This document shows, piece after piece, positions 17,785 through 27,311 of a DNA stretch of 64,000 nt; within the stretch, counting starts at the first letter, position 1, and each line of letters begins with the position of its first letter. The stretch is from Gammaproteobacteria bacterium (GTDB lineage: Bacteria > Pseudomonadota > Gammaproteobacteria > Tethybacterales > Persebacteraceae), in NCBI GenBank assembly GCA_965243565.1, contig OZ251571.1, forward strand, positions 321,523-385,522, given 5' to 3'. Made by a program: the position numbers and the translations under genes. A model generated the notes under the pieces. It had not been told where the DNA came from. It did not search any database and saw only the letters and a program-made list of their open reading frames with translations.

Positions 17785-19656
17785 ATGAAAGACAGTAAAC
17801 ATTTATATATTGATTACTTTAATTTAAAAGAACCACCTTTTAAGATAACGCCAACCACGAGCTATTTTTATGGCGGTGGAAAAAGAGGAGAAATTTTACA
17901 CGCATTGTTATATGCCATTAATTCTGGTGAGGGGATTATGTTGCTAACTGGTGAGGTGGGTAGTGGCAAAACCATGATACTTAGAACACTCGTGGATCAG
18001 CTAAGCGAAAAAACAGATATTATTTATATTGCCAATCCCAGTTTGTCCGGTAGTGAAATTTTATACAATATATGTGAAGAGTTAGGATTACAATCTGAAG
18101 AAAAAAAGCCCGATACTGTTCGTATATTACAAAACCACTTGATTCAAAGGCACCAAGAGGGTTATCGTGTGGTTGCTTTTATTGATGAAGCACAAGCAAT
18201 GCCGGATGAATCACTTGAAGAGATTCGATTATTGTCTAATTTGGAAACAAGTCGTGATAAATTATTACAAATTGTATTGTTTGGACAACCAGAACTAGAA
18301 GAAAAACTGTCAAAACAACATTTGCGACAATTGCGCGAACGTATCACGGTGGCGCTTAAAATAAAACCATTTACCAAAGAGGATATAAAAGAATATATAT
18401 CAACGCGTTTGCATGCCGCTGGACACGATGGCAAACAATTATTTACCAATGACGCGTATCGAATCATCTTTGCTGTTTCGAAAGGTATTTCTCGTCGAAT
18501 TAATGTATTGGCGGATAAAACGTTACTATCAGCGTTTGCCCGTGGCTCACTCATTGCAGAAAAAATTGATGCCAAGATGGCTGCACGTGATGTGAGTTAT
18601 GGCAAGCTCTTGTATCGGTCGGAACAAAACCGTCTTTTTTCTAAATTTATTACCATTGGTTGTACGGTAGGGTGTTTATTAATTATTACCGTATTTTCGT
18701 TTATTTATTTTGGTGAACAGGTCACAGCATCATTTGCTGAAGAGCCAGTGGCAGACAAACCCGTACAGAGTAAAGTCGTAAAAAAAGATACAGTAATACA
18801 AAACACCATTGAAATCGCACTGAATGAAATTATTAATGCCCAAGAAAAACAGTCTGAGCTTGAAGTAGCAGTTGTTATTGAAGAGGAATCCGAGCCAGTT
18901 ATACAACCCGATGTAGAGGTGGTAATTGTTGAGGAATCCGAGCCAGTTATACAACCCGATGTAGAGGTGGTAATTGAAGAGGAATCCGAGCCAGTTATAC
19001 AACCCGATGTAGAGGTGGTAATTGTTGAGGAACAACCTAAAGTAGTTTCTAAGAAAGTTGAATCTGTTAAACAGCAAACCAAACCGGTAAATATTGGTAA
19101 ACAAATGTCTCAAACTATTGTACAGTTACAACAACAAAAAGAGGTTGCTTTAAGTGGAGAACAACTAGCACTTGAGATTTCCAAACATGCCGAAGAACAC
19201 ACGGATGGACCTCAAGTAGAAGGTGGACAAACGGAATGGCAAATAGTTGTTAAAAAGAAAACAACTGAATCATTGGGTATTGTAGAAAATAGTCAGTGGG
19301 ATTGGATGCCTGCATCAAGTTATTTGCGTAGCCGCTTGAACGCAACGCAAACATGGATAAAAAACAACCCTGACCAGCAGCAATATACCTCACGACTAAT
19401 AACGGTGTCGCAAGAGCGCGCTATATTTTTAGAAAAATTCCTTCGTTACTTTGCCGATTATTACCCTATTCGCAATGTATTGGTTTATCCCATCCAATTA
19501 AAAAGTGGTAAGAAATTCGTTGTCAATTTTGGTGTTTATCCATCGCAAAGTGATGCTGAAGTTTTTATTAATAATATCCCCCGTTATTTTACGGGTGGCG
19601 AGCCTTATGCTCAAGAAATTAGTTCTATTGTAAAAGAATCACAGGATTTATGGTAA
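17785..19656 (+). CDS. ExeA/GspA/MshM-family AAA+ ATPase with a TM segment and a periplasmic C-terminal SPOR-like domain.
   Basis: AAA_22-type Walker A 'LLTGEVGSGKTMILRTL'. TM helix 'FITIGCTVGCLLIITVFSFIYFG'. C-terminal 'VVNFGVYPSQSDAEVFINNIP' resembles a SPOR fold. The periplasmic linker contains an acidic tandem repeat. Confidence 0.75.
   Translation: MKDSKHLYIDYFNLKEPPFKITPTTSYFYGGGKRGEILHALLYAINSGEGIMLLTGEVGSGKTMILRTLVDQLSEKTDIIYIANPSLSGSEILYNICEELGLQSEEKKPDTVRILQNHLIQRHQEGYRVVAFIDEAQAMPDESLEEIRLLSNLETSRDKLLQIVLFGQPELEEKLSKQHLRQLRERITVALKIKPFTKEDIKEYISTRLHAAGHDGKQLFTNDAYRIIFAVSKGISRRINVLADKTLLSAFARGSLIAEKIDAKMAARDVSYGKLLYRSEQNRLFSKFITIGCTVGCLLIITVFSFIYFGEQVTASFAEEPVADKPVQSKVVKKDTVIQNTIEIALNEIINAQEKQSELEVAVVIEEESEPVIQPDVEVVIVEESEPVIQPDVEVVIEEESEPVIQPDVEVVIVEEQPKVVSKKVESVKQQTKPVNIGKQMSQTIVQLQQQKEVALSGEQLALEISKHAEEHTDGPQVEGGQTEWQIVVKKKTTESLGIVENSQWDWMPASSYLRSRLNATQTWIKNNPDQQQYTSRLITVSQERAIFLEKFLRYFADYYPIRNVLVYPIQLKSGKKFVVNFGVYPSQSDAEVFINNIPRYFTGGEPYAQEISSIVKESQDLW
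18880..19032 (+). repeat. In-frame tandem repeat of about 45-51 nt, three copies, encoding '(E)EESEPVIQPDVEVVI(V)', inside the ExeA-like gene.
   Basis: The unit 'gaggaatccgagccagttatacaacccgatgtagaggtggtaatt' is directly repeated three times, with gaa/gtt insertions between copies. Confidence 0.8.
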
Positions 19657-19683
19657 CCCCTAAAAGGATTAACTAAAAACTAT

Positions 19684-21000
19684 CTATAGTATGTAGTTGG
19701 TTTTATCGGTATCAACCGTTAATGCTTTGAGTTTGGATTGTACAAACTCTTTGTCTATATTGATGGTTTTTCCTTTGTATAATTCAGCATCAAATGAATA
19801 GTCTTCGAGTACGCGCTCTAGTAAAGTGTATAGACGACGCGCGCCAATGTTTTCGTTGTGTTCGTTGACATTCCATGCAGTTTCTGAAATTTCTTGTATT
19901 GCATCATCACTAAACTCTAAGTTAACCTTTTCGGTTTTCATGAGTGCTTGGTATTGGCGAATTAAACAGGCTTGTGTACGCGTTAAAATTTGTTTAAAAT
20001 CATCAACTGTCAATGCGGTTAGTTCGACTCTTAAAGGAAATCGTCCTTGAAGTTCAGGGATAAGGTCAGAAGGGCGATTAAAATGAAACGCCCCACTGGC
20101 AATAAATAGTATATGATCGGTATGTACATGTCCATGGCGAGTCGATACCGTCGTGCCTTCTACTAATGGTAGTAAATCGCGTTGTACACCGTGGCGAGAA
20201 ATATCACTACCACGACCATCGCTATCGGCAATTTTGTCGATTTCGTCAATAAAGATAATACCATTTTCTTCAACTTGTTCAATGGCGATCTCTTTAATTT
20301 CGTTGATGTCAAGCAGGTCTTGAATCTCTTCGTCGGTACACACTTTAAATGCGTTTTCGACGGTCATTTTTTTTATTTTTAGCTTGTCTTTGTTAATGTT
20401 TTGAAAAATCCCTTGCATTTGTTGGGTGATTTCTTCCATTCCTGGTGGCGATAGTACTTCTACTTGTGTGGAAGTATTGACTTCGATTTCGATTTCTTTA
20501 TCATCTAACTTACCTGATTTAATTTTTTCGCGAAATTTTTCGCGAGTGGTCGTGCTGGTCTTGGTGTCTTCGTCTTTATTAGAAGGTAGTAAGGCATTAA
20601 GAATACGTTCTTGTGCCAATGCTTCAGCTTGTTCGCGAAATTTTTCGCCATACTCGTTTTGTACATTTTCGATGGCAATATCGACTAAATCACGAACAAT
20701 AGATTCGACATCTCGCCCGATATAACCAATTTCGGTAAATTTGGTAGCCTCTACCTTTATAAAAGGCGCATCGATAAGACGTGCCAACCGCCGAGAAATT
20801 TCAGTTTTACCAACTCCAGTGGGACCTATCATGAGGATGTTTTTGGGTATGATTTCATCGCGTAATGATGATTCAACACGCATTCGTCGCCAACGCCAAC
20901 GCAAAGCGACAGCAACCGTTTTTTTGGCTCCGTTTTGCCCAACGATGTACTTATCGAGATGGCTGACAATTTTTTTAGGAGTTAATCGACGTTCATTCAT
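19684..21000 (-). CDS. hslU: ATP-dependent protease ATPase subunit HslU.
   Basis: '[10 protein letters not shown]' Walker A, I-domain, 'IDEIDKI' Walker B. Adjacent to hslV. Confidence 0.95.
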   Translation of the reverse strand: MNERRLTPKKIVSHLDKYIVGQNGAKKTVAVALRWRWRRMRVESSLRDEIIPKNILMIGPTGVGKTEISRRLARLIDAPFIKVEATKFTEIGYIGRDVESIVRDLVDIAIENVQNEYGEKFREQAEALAQERILNALLPSNKDEDTKTSTTTREKFREKIKSGKLDDKEIEIEVNTSTQVEVLSPPGMEEITQQMQGIFQNINKDKLKIKKMTVENAFKVCTDEEIQDLLDINEIKEIAIEQVEENGIIFIDEIDKIADSDGRGSDISRHGVQRDLLPLVEGTTVSTRHGHVHTDHILFIASGAFHFNRPSDLIPELQGRFPLRVELTALTVDDFKQILTRTQACLIRQYQALMKTEKVNLEFSDDAIQEISETAWNVNEHNENIGARRLYTLLERVLEDYSFDAELYKGKTINIDKEFVQSKLKALTVDTDKTNYIL

Positions 21001-21556
21001 GACTGTCTATTTGTTCTATGCTAATTTGGTCGTTGGTGTAGATACAAATATGGGCGGCTATTTTTAGCGATTCTTCAACAATCGTACTTGCTGGTAAGTC
21101 CTTGCCATGGCGAAGTAGCGCCAAAGCCGCTGACTCGGCATAAGGAGCACCACTGCCAATGGCAATGACACCAAATTCAGGAACAAGTACATCGCCTAAG
21201 CCAGATAATAAAATCGTTTCTTTTGCATCGGCTAATAGTAACATCGCTTCAAGTTTGCGCAATACGCGGTCGGTCCGCCAATCCCGTGCGAGCTCTTGAG
21301 CGGCACGCATGAGTTGGCGATTATGCGATTCTAAGCGTTTTTCAAAGCGTTCTAATAATGTAAAGGCATCGGCAGTTGCACCAGCAAACCCAGCAATAAT
21401 AGAACCTCCTGCTAGTTTGCGAACTTTTTTTGCACTGGATTTAACAACGGTATGTCCTAGCGTGACTTGTCCGTCGCCACCAATAGCGACCTTGCCGTTT
21501 TTACGAACACAGACGATAGTGGTGCCGTGTAAGGTTAATGAATCGGGATTGGGCAT
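20993..21556 (-). CDS. hslV: ATP-dependent protease subunit HslV, with an apparent 10-aa N-terminal extension.
   Basis: '[23 protein letters not shown]...[12 protein letters not shown]' is typical HslV. The catalytic Thr is preceded by '[11 protein letters not shown]'. Confidence 0.9.
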   Translation of the reverse strand: MPNPDSLTLHGTTIVCVRKNGKVAIGGDGQVTLGHTVVKSSAKKVRKLAGGSIIAGFAGATADAFTLLERFEKRLESHNRQLMRAAQELARDWRTDRVLRKLEAMLLLADAKETILLSGLGDVLVPEFGVIAIGSGAPYAESAALALLRHGKDLPASTIVEESLKIAAHICIYTNDQISIEQIDSHE

Positions 21557-21563
21557 TGGATAA

Positions 21564-22661
21564 TTAACAACTAAGCATTCGATCTAAAGCAATTTTGGCT
21601 TGCTCAGCATCATCTGTTGGTACTTGAATGTGATTGACAACGTTGCCATTAACCAGTGATTCGAGTGCCCATGCAAGATGAGGAGGGTCGATTCGTGCCA
21701 TGGTTGAACACATACATACCATGGGTGACATAAAGCGTATGATTTTGCCATCGGGTTTGTATTGCTTGGTAATTCGTGACACCAAATTAAGTTCGGTACC
21801 AACTAACCAATGTGTGTTTTTAGGGGCGGCATCAATGGTTTTGATAATGGTGTCGGTCGATCCAACATAATCAGATAGTTCGCAGACTTCTTCGCAACAT
21901 TCTGGATGAGAAATGACAAATCCATCGGGGTGTTCTTTACGAAAATCATGCACATGTTGAGGGCGAAACATTTGGTGTACCGAACAAAAGCCTTTCCAAA
22001 GAATAATATCGGCATTATCAACTTCTTGTTTTGATAAACCGCCATAGGGTTTATTAAAATCCCATATTGCCATTTTGTCGGCGGCAATGCCCATTTGTCG
22101 TGCGCTCCAGCGACCTAAGTGCTGATCTGGAAAAAATAGCACTTTGGACTTTTGTTTATAAGCCCATTTAAGGATTTTGTCGGCATTGCTTGATGTGCAT
22201 ACAGTACCATCATGGCGTGCACAAAAGGCTTTTAAATCGGCTGCCGAATTGATATAAGTAATGGGTGTAATTTGTTGATCGGCATCAAGATAGTCATTTA
22301 ATTCTTGCCAACATCTTTCGACCTTTGCCAATGACGCCATATCAGCCATCGAACAGCCCGCAGATAAATCGGGTAAGATAACTTTTTGATGTTTTCTTTG
22401 GCGAAGAATATCAGCGACTTCTGCCATAAAATGCACACCACAAAAAACGATATAATCGGCATTGGTTTGTGATGACAATCGCGATAATTGAAGGGAATCT
22501 CCGGTTAAATCGGCATGCTGGTATACGTCGGCACGTTGATAGTGGTGTGCCAGTAAAACCACACGATTCCCCAGTTGCTCGCGAGCACGAACAATGCGGT
22601 TTTGTACGTCTTCTTCTGGGCAAGGTGAGAATTGCGAAAAATTAATTTCTGTGGTTTGCAT
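21564..22661 (-). CDS. nadA: Quinolinate synthase A.
   Basis: NadA motifs '[15 protein letters not shown]' and 'CSVHQMF'. Three conserved Cys residues for the [4Fe-4S] cluster. Confidence 0.85.
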   Translation of the reverse strand: MQTTEINFSQFSPCPEEDVQNRIVRAREQLGNRVVLLAHHYQRADVYQHADLTGDSLQLSRLSSQTNADYIVFCGVHFMAEVADILRQRKHQKVILPDLSAGCSMADMASLAKVERCWQELNDYLDADQQITPITYINSAADLKAFCARHDGTVCTSSNADKILKWAYKQKSKVLFFPDQHLGRWSARQMGIAADKMAIWDFNKPYGGLSKQEVDNADIILWKGFCSVHQMFRPQHVHDFRKEHPDGFVISHPECCEEVCELSDYVGSTDTIIKTIDAAPKNTHWLVGTELNLVSRITKQYKPDGKIIRFMSPMVCMCSTMARIDPPHLAWALESLVNGNVVNHIQVPTDDAEQAKIALDRMLSC

Positions 22662-22711
22662 GAACTGTTAATTATACTATTATCAAAGTAACTATAAAAA
22701 CAAAAAAGTGA

Positions 22712-23521
22712 TTAGTGCCCGTCAGCATAGTGGGTTTGAAAAATCTTTTTATCCTCAAGGCGATAGCAAGTGAGTTTGCCATTCCAAACACAACCGCTAT
22801 CTAGGCTGATAACATTATGTTGCTGAGTCACGCCCAATGCTGACCAATGACCAAAAAGAATGGGCGTATTTTGGGTTTGGCGGTTGGGAGCAGTAAACCA
22901 CGGGATATTGTCATTGGGAGAATCCGATGGACCTTGTTTAAAGAGAAGATTCATAACACCTTCTGGAGAGCAAATGCGCAATCGCGTCAGTGCATTAACA
23001 ATAGTTCGGTAACGGTCATACCCCGTTAGTGCATCATTCCACTGTTCAGGTATGTTGCCATACAGTTTTTTCATAAAAGTTTTCCATGTATCGCTTCTTA
23101 ATATTGTTTGCACCTCACCAGCCAACTGGCATAGCGTTGTGCGATTCCATACTGGCAATGCACCAGCATGAATCATGAGGTGGCCTTTGTCGTAATGTGC
23201 CAATGATTGCTTTCGTAACCAATCCATAAGCATTTTGGCATCGGTATTATATAAAACATCATCAATCGTATCATTGTGCTTAATATCAATTGCACAAGTA
23301 TAAGCTGCAAGTAAAAAAAGGTCGTGATTGCCCAATACAATTTTAATATGGTTTTGATGATCATATAGCCATTTTAAAACCGATATATTACGCGGGCCTC
23401 TATTAACCAAGTCCCCTACAAACCAGAGTTGATCGGTGTGGGGTTGAAAGTTTATTTGTTTTAGTAAACTACAAAGTGTTTTGTAGCAACCATGGACATC
23501 TCCAATTACATAAGTTCCCAT
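22712..23521 (-). CDS. apaH: Bis(5'-nucleosyl)-tetraphosphatase (symmetrical).
   Basis: 'YVIGDVHGCYKTL...WFVGDLVNRGP...GNHD' metallophosphatase/ApaH signature. Confidence 0.85.
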   Translation of the reverse strand: MGTYVIGDVHGCYKTLCSLLKQINFQPHTDQLWFVGDLVNRGPRNISVLKWLYDHQNHIKIVLGNHDLFLLAAYTCAIDIKHNDTIDDVLYNTDAKMLMDWLRKQSLAHYDKGHLMIHAGALPVWNRTTLCQLAGEVQTILRSDTWKTFMKKLYGNIPEQWNDALTGYDRYRTIVNALTRLRICSPEGVMNLLFKQGPSDSPNDNIPWFTAPNRQTQNTPILFGHWSALGVTQQHNVISLDSGCVWNGKLTCYRLEDKKIFQTHYADGH

Positions 23522-23541
23522 GCTTTTATTGATGAGAGCGA

Positions 23542-23742
23542 CTAGTTGCGGCTTAGGTAAAGTTTGCCCGTTGTTTGTAAATTTTTCTCAACTTCAGCGT
23601 CGGTTAACTGATATGTATAGTCGTTAACATTACGAACATACAAAGCAACAAATACGATAAAAAATACTGTTGCAAAAAACATTAAGAAGGCAGAACCTGC
23701 CGTATCAATATAGGATTTTAGATTTTGAGGTGCAGATGACAT
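23542..23742 (-). CDS. Small hypothetical membrane protein, 66 aa.
   Basis: One hydrophobic helix 'AFLMFFATVFFIVFVALYV'. It fits neatly between apaH and ybaB in the same orientation. No homology recognised. Confidence 0.3.
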   Translation of the reverse strand: MSSAPQNLKSYIDTAGSAFLMFFATVFFIVFVALYVRNVNDYTYQLTDAEVEKNLQTTGKLYLSRN

Positions 23743-23771
23743 AATTTATATTATAGCATTGATGAGGTGGA

Positions 23772-24098
23772 TCATTGATTAAATAAGTTACCGAAATTAC
23801 CACCGATGATTGATTGTGTTTTTTGGTTAATGAGGCTTTCTATTTTTTTGGTAGCAGCATTGCCTGCTGATAAGATGAGATCTTGTAATATTTCTTTATC
23901 GTCGATAATCGAATCGTCAATATTGACGTTAATAATTTTTCGCTCGCCATTCATGGTGATTTTCACCATGCCAGCGCCGGCTTCACCGATAACACTAAGT
24001 TCTTTAATCTCATTTTTTATCGAGTTGATATTTTCCTGCATTTCTTGGGCGCCACTCAGTAAATTGGCGAAATTCTCTTTGAAAAATTTGTTGTCCAT
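23772..24098 (-). CDS. ybaB: Nucleoid-associated protein YbaB/EbfC.
   Basis: 108 aa with the 'GEAGAGMVKITMNG' YbaB signature. Located downstream of dnaX as in many bacteria. Confidence 0.9.
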   Translation of the reverse strand: MDNKFFKENFANLLSGAQEMQENINSIKNEIKELSVIGEAGAGMVKITMNGERKIINVNIDDSIIDDKEILQDLILSAGNAATKKIESLINQKTQSIIGGNFGNLFNQ

Positions 24099-24112
24099 AT
24101 ATAAATCTCCTA

Positions 24113-25696
24113 TTAATTGGTTTTAATGGTGTCGGTGATAATTTTTGCTTCGGGAAAGTGTTTTTTTGTGGATTGAAAAAAAGACGTATCGGAGGCAATT
24201 TTAATGATGTTTTCAAGCTGTTCTTGCTGTGCGACATTGCTATGATGATAAACGATGGTCACCTCAAACTGCTCACCATGTAATGCTTGCATTTCGCGCT
24301 TAAAAATGGGCAAAAATTTATTGCCAATGTCTTTATGAGATTGGTCAACCTGTAGCAAAATGCCATTTGCGTCATAATGTTTGACAATACTTGCTATTGC
24401 GAGCACTTTGGCAACTTCAGACAAACCACCTTTAACTGCTTCCCAATCAAAATTTGGTGTGGCTGAGGCGGCGGTAACAGGGGTAACAGCAGCTGCCATT
24501 GATGGTGCTATTGGTGGTGCCGTTGGCGGTATTGTTGGTGATGCTATTGTTTGTTGTTTGTTTGGTGTATTAATTACACTTAGCGAGGCTTTAGCCGCTG
24601 CTTGCGGAATAAATAACATCATTCGTAGCAAGGTCATTTCAAACCCAGTATCGATAGTTGGCGCCATGGGGAGTTGTTGTCGCCCTCTGATGGCAATTTC
24701 ATAGAGTACTTGACATTGGTCTGCACTCATTTGTGGATGAAACTCAGCAATGATATCGGACTCTTCACTATTATCGGATGAATATTGTATGGTTTTTGCA
24801 AGCGCAATTTTGTAAATCAGAGTGGCGAGATTTGCCAATGCCGTATCAAAATCAACATGCTCCGATAAATATTGTGTTGCCAATTGTTGAATTTTTTCAG
24901 TATTTTCTTGAATAACCGCACGCAAAGTATTGGCTAAAAGAGATAGGCTGATTTCTCCTGTAATTTGACGTACGTCGTTGGCGGTTAATTGGTTGTTGCA
25001 ATGAAGCAAGGCTTGATCCAAAATACTAAGCCCATCACGCAAGCTGCCATTTGCCAAGCGAGCAATCACAGCAATGGCATCTTGATCGTAGTTGACATTT
25101 TCGGCATTGAGAATCGAAATAAGTCGCGCACTAATTTGGTTAATGGTAAGGGGTAATAATGCAAAGCACAAACAACGTGAACGTATGGTGGCAGGTACTT
25201 TATCCGGATCGGTCGTTGCCAGTACAAATTTAACATGCTCGGGTGGTTCTTCTAGTGTTTTTAGCATGGCATTAAAAGCACTTTTGCTCAACATGTGTAC
25301 TTCGTCAATAATAAATATTTTATAACGCGTTCGTACGGGGGCATAAACGGCATTGTCAAGGAGATCGCGCATTTTTTCTACTTGGGTATGCGATGCGGCA
25401 TCCAATTCTATAATATCGGGCATATTTCCTCTTTGGATGAGTGTGCATGTCTCACATTGTAGGCAGGGCTCGGTGCTATTGTCGCTTATATTTTCACAAT
25501 TAATAAGCATGGAGATGATTCGTGCCAAGGTGGTTTTACCGACTCCGCGCGTACCAGTAAATAAAAAAGCATGGTGTAGGCGATTTTGTTGTGCGGCGTT
25601 TTGTAATGCACGAACGATATACTCTTGCCCTACCATATCTGATAATCGCCGCGGTCGCCACTTACGGGCTAATGAAATAAAATTTTCGGAAGACAT
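24113..25696 (-). CDS. dnaX: DNA polymerase III subunit tau/gamma. The true start is probably Met21 of the called ORF, at 25696.
   Basis: 'LARKWRPRRLSDMVGQE' canonical DnaX N-terminus and 'GTRGVGKTT' Walker A. The first 20 codons of the ORF call (25697-25756) coincide with the SRP RNA. Confidence 0.9.
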   Translation of the reverse strand: MSSENFISLARKWRPRRLSDMVGQEYIVRALQNAAQQNRLHHAFLFTGTRGVGKTTLARIISMLINCENISDNSTEPCLQCETCTLIQRGNMPDIIELDAASHTQVEKMRDLLDNAVYAPVRTRYKIFIIDEVHMLSKSAFNAMLKTLEEPPEHVKFVLATTDPDKVPATIRSRCLCFALLPLTINQISARLISILNAENVNYDQDAIAVIARLANGSLRDGLSILDQALLHCNNQLTANDVRQITGEISLSLLANTLRAVIQENTEKIQQLATQYLSEHVDFDTALANLATLIYKIALAKTIQYSSDNSEESDIIAEFHPQMSADQCQVLYEIAIRGRQQLPMAPTIDTGFEMTLLRMMLFIPQAAAKASLSVINTPNKQQTIASPTIPPTAPPIAPSMAAAVTPVTAASATPNFDWEAVKGGLSEVAKVLAIASIVKHYDANGILLQVDQSHKDIGNKFLPIFKREMQALHGEQFEVTIVYHHSNVAQQEQLENIIKIASDTSFFQSTKKHFPEAKIITDTIKTN

Positions 25697-25717
25697 CAAA
25701 GGGTACGTTGGAATAAT

Positions 25718-25818
25718 GCAAGATAAGCGGGTTATGGTCGCACTGACAGAGGGCAATTAGGGCTGCTTCCTTCCAGACCTGACCCGGTTTTCGCCATACC
25801 ATGCAACTAAACCCGCAA
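25718..25818 (-). ncRNA. ffs: Signal recognition particle 4.5S RNA (ffs).
   Basis: The minus-strand sequence 'CCGGGUCAGGUCUGGAAGGAAGCAGCC' matches the universally conserved SRP domain IV. The 5' arm 'GCGGGUUUAGUUGCAUGGUAUGGC' pairs with the 3' arm 'GCGACCAUAACCCGC'. A TATAAT -10 box lies about 7 nt upstream. Confidence 0.8.
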
Positions 25819-25823
25819 GCGTG

Positions 25824-25829
25824 ATTATA
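25824..25829 (-). promoter_or_regulatory. -10 hexamer TATAAT of the ffs promoter.
   Basis: The reverse complement of plus-strand 'attata' is TATAAT, positioned 6-7 nt upstream of the predicted RNA 5' end. Confidence 0.4.
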
Positions 25830-26017
25830 TCGTACTCACCGTTTAAGCGGTGGGATAGTGTTTAATAAAAATAAAAAAATGTTCAAATTAAAGCAGTTGC
25901 TGGTGCTATCGGTCGCAAGATTGCATAAAAGCAACATGAGAGACAGTAATTGTTTTATCAGTTTGTGCTTACTGTATAATAAGGAAACTAATAGTATAAG
26001 TATAAAGGAGAAAAAAT

Positions 26018-26407
26018 ATGGCGTATAGTAAAAAAGTAATCGATCACTACGAAAACCCCAGAAACGTAGGTTCATTTGACAAACTGGATCAAAATGTTGG
26101 TACTGGTATGGTGGGAGCACCAGCCTGTGGCGATGTTATGAAATTACAAATTAAAGTCAGTGATGACGGCCTCATCGAAGATGCTAAATTTAAAACCTAT
26201 GGCTGTGGCTCTGCCATTGCTTCATCGTCGTTGATCACCGAATGGGTTCGTGGCAAAACTTTGGACGAAGTGCTTGAAATCAAAAACAAGCAAATTGCCG
26301 AAGAACTCGCATTACCACCGGTTAAAATTCACTGTTCCATATTGGCAGAAGACGCCATTAAGGCAGCCGTTGCTGATTATAAAAAGAAGGCTGAAGTAAA
26401 GCAATAA
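26018..26407 (+). CDS. iscU: Fe-S cluster assembly scaffold IscU.
   Basis: 'GAPACGDVMKL...YGCGSAIASSS...LPPVKIHCSILAEDA' with the three IscU Cys residues and the LPPVK HscA-binding motif. Confidence 0.9.
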   Translation: MAYSKKVIDHYENPRNVGSFDKLDQNVGTGMVGAPACGDVMKLQIKVSDDGLIEDAKFKTYGCGSAIASSSLITEWVRGKTLDEVLEIKNKQIAEELALPPVKIHCSILAEDAIKAAVADYKKKAEVKQ

Positions 26408-26441
26408 CATATATTAATATTGGCTAATTGTAGCATCAGTT

Positions 26442-26768
26442 ATGGGAATCGAACTTACCAATGGAGCGGCAAAACACATCGTCGACTACATTAAAAAGCA
26501 AAATACAGTTTCTACTGGTATTCGTTTGGCAGTGCGTACAGTAGGTTGTTCTGGTTTTGCCTATGATGTAACCCTAACCGATGTCAAAGAAGATGGCGAT
26601 TTTGAGTTTGACAGTTGTGGTATTAAAGTCATAGTAGACCCAAAATCTTATGTTTTTATTGATGGCGTGGTGGTAGACTATGTGCGTGATGGCTTACAAG
26701 AAGGGTTTCAGTTTAACAACCCCAATGCAAAAAGTATCTGTGGTTGTGGGGAAAGTTTTCATATCTGA
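26442..26768 (+). CDS. iscA: Fe-S cluster insertion protein, IscA/ErpA family.
   Basis: 108 aa with the C-terminal 'CGCGESF' HesB signature. Confidence 0.85.
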   Translation: MGIELTNGAAKHIVDYIKKQNTVSTGIRLAVRTVGCSGFAYDVTLTDVKEDGDFEFDSCGIKVIVDPKSYVFIDGVVVDYVRDGLQEGFQFNNPNAKSICGCGESFHI

Positions 26769-26831
26769 AGCACTATTTTTTGAAAGAATAAATCACTGAT
26801 CATTAATTTTTTTAGCTGCGATTATTTTGAA

Positions 26832-27311
26832 TTGTTGGACTTACCGTCTTCTATGCAGATTGATACAACGGTTTTAGACGCTCATTTTCGTTCATTACAG
26901 CAACGCTTTCACCCTGATAATTTTGCGACGGCAGCCGCCGCAGAAAAACAATTATCGGTATTGCTCTCTAGTCGTTTAAACGATGCTTACGCCATTTTAA
27001 AAAAACCACTTAAACGAGCCGCATATATGGTGTCATTAATGGGCAAAGATGTTTACTCCGAAAAAGACTCCATTGTTTCTCCTGAATTTTTAGAGCAACA
27101 AATAGAGTGGCGAGAAGCACTAGAAACCGTATTAACTGCTGATGAAAAAATGGCATTACGCAATGATGTAGAGCAACATCACACGCAAATCATGGTTGAA
27201 TCGACAATGGCGATTGATAAAAAAGAGATCGAAGCCGCCTACCAATCCGTTCGACAATGGATATATATTGATAAAATATTAAGTGAAATAAACAAACATG
27301 GCATTGGTTAA
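26832..27311 (+). CDS. hscB: Co-chaperone HscB; the start is uncertain.
   Basis: J-domain 'HPD' within 'LQQRFHPDNF'. In-frame upstream residues '...CDYFELLDLP' match the canonical HscB N-terminus 'MDYFTLFGLP' but have no canonical start codon. Confidence 0.8.
   Translation: MLDLPSSMQIDTTVLDAHFRSLQQRFHPDNFATAAAAEKQLSVLLSSRLNDAYAILKKPLKRAAYMVSLMGKDVYSEKDSIVSPEFLEQQIEWREALETVLTADEKMALRNDVEQHHTQIMVESTMAIDKKEIEAAYQSVRQWIYIDKILSEINKHGIG

Noticed and set aside
18705-19113. Two minus-strand ORFs (125 and 127 aa) across the ExeA-like tandem repeat.
   Set aside because: They are produced by the repeat's periodicity on the antisense strand (TSTSGCITGSDSS and YHLYIGLYNWLGF repeats). They are antisense to a well-supported gene.
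20182-21067. Several plus-strand ORFs (66-108 aa) inside hslU/hslV.
   Set aside because: They are antisense to highly conserved hslU/hslV coding sequence.
24113-24200. A7 run near the 3' end of dnaX considered as a programmed -1 frameshift site (tau/gamma).
   Set aside because: The E. coli-type heptamer A-AAA-AAG is not present in frame. The run sits in the last ~15 codons, where a shift would not generate a gamma-like product.
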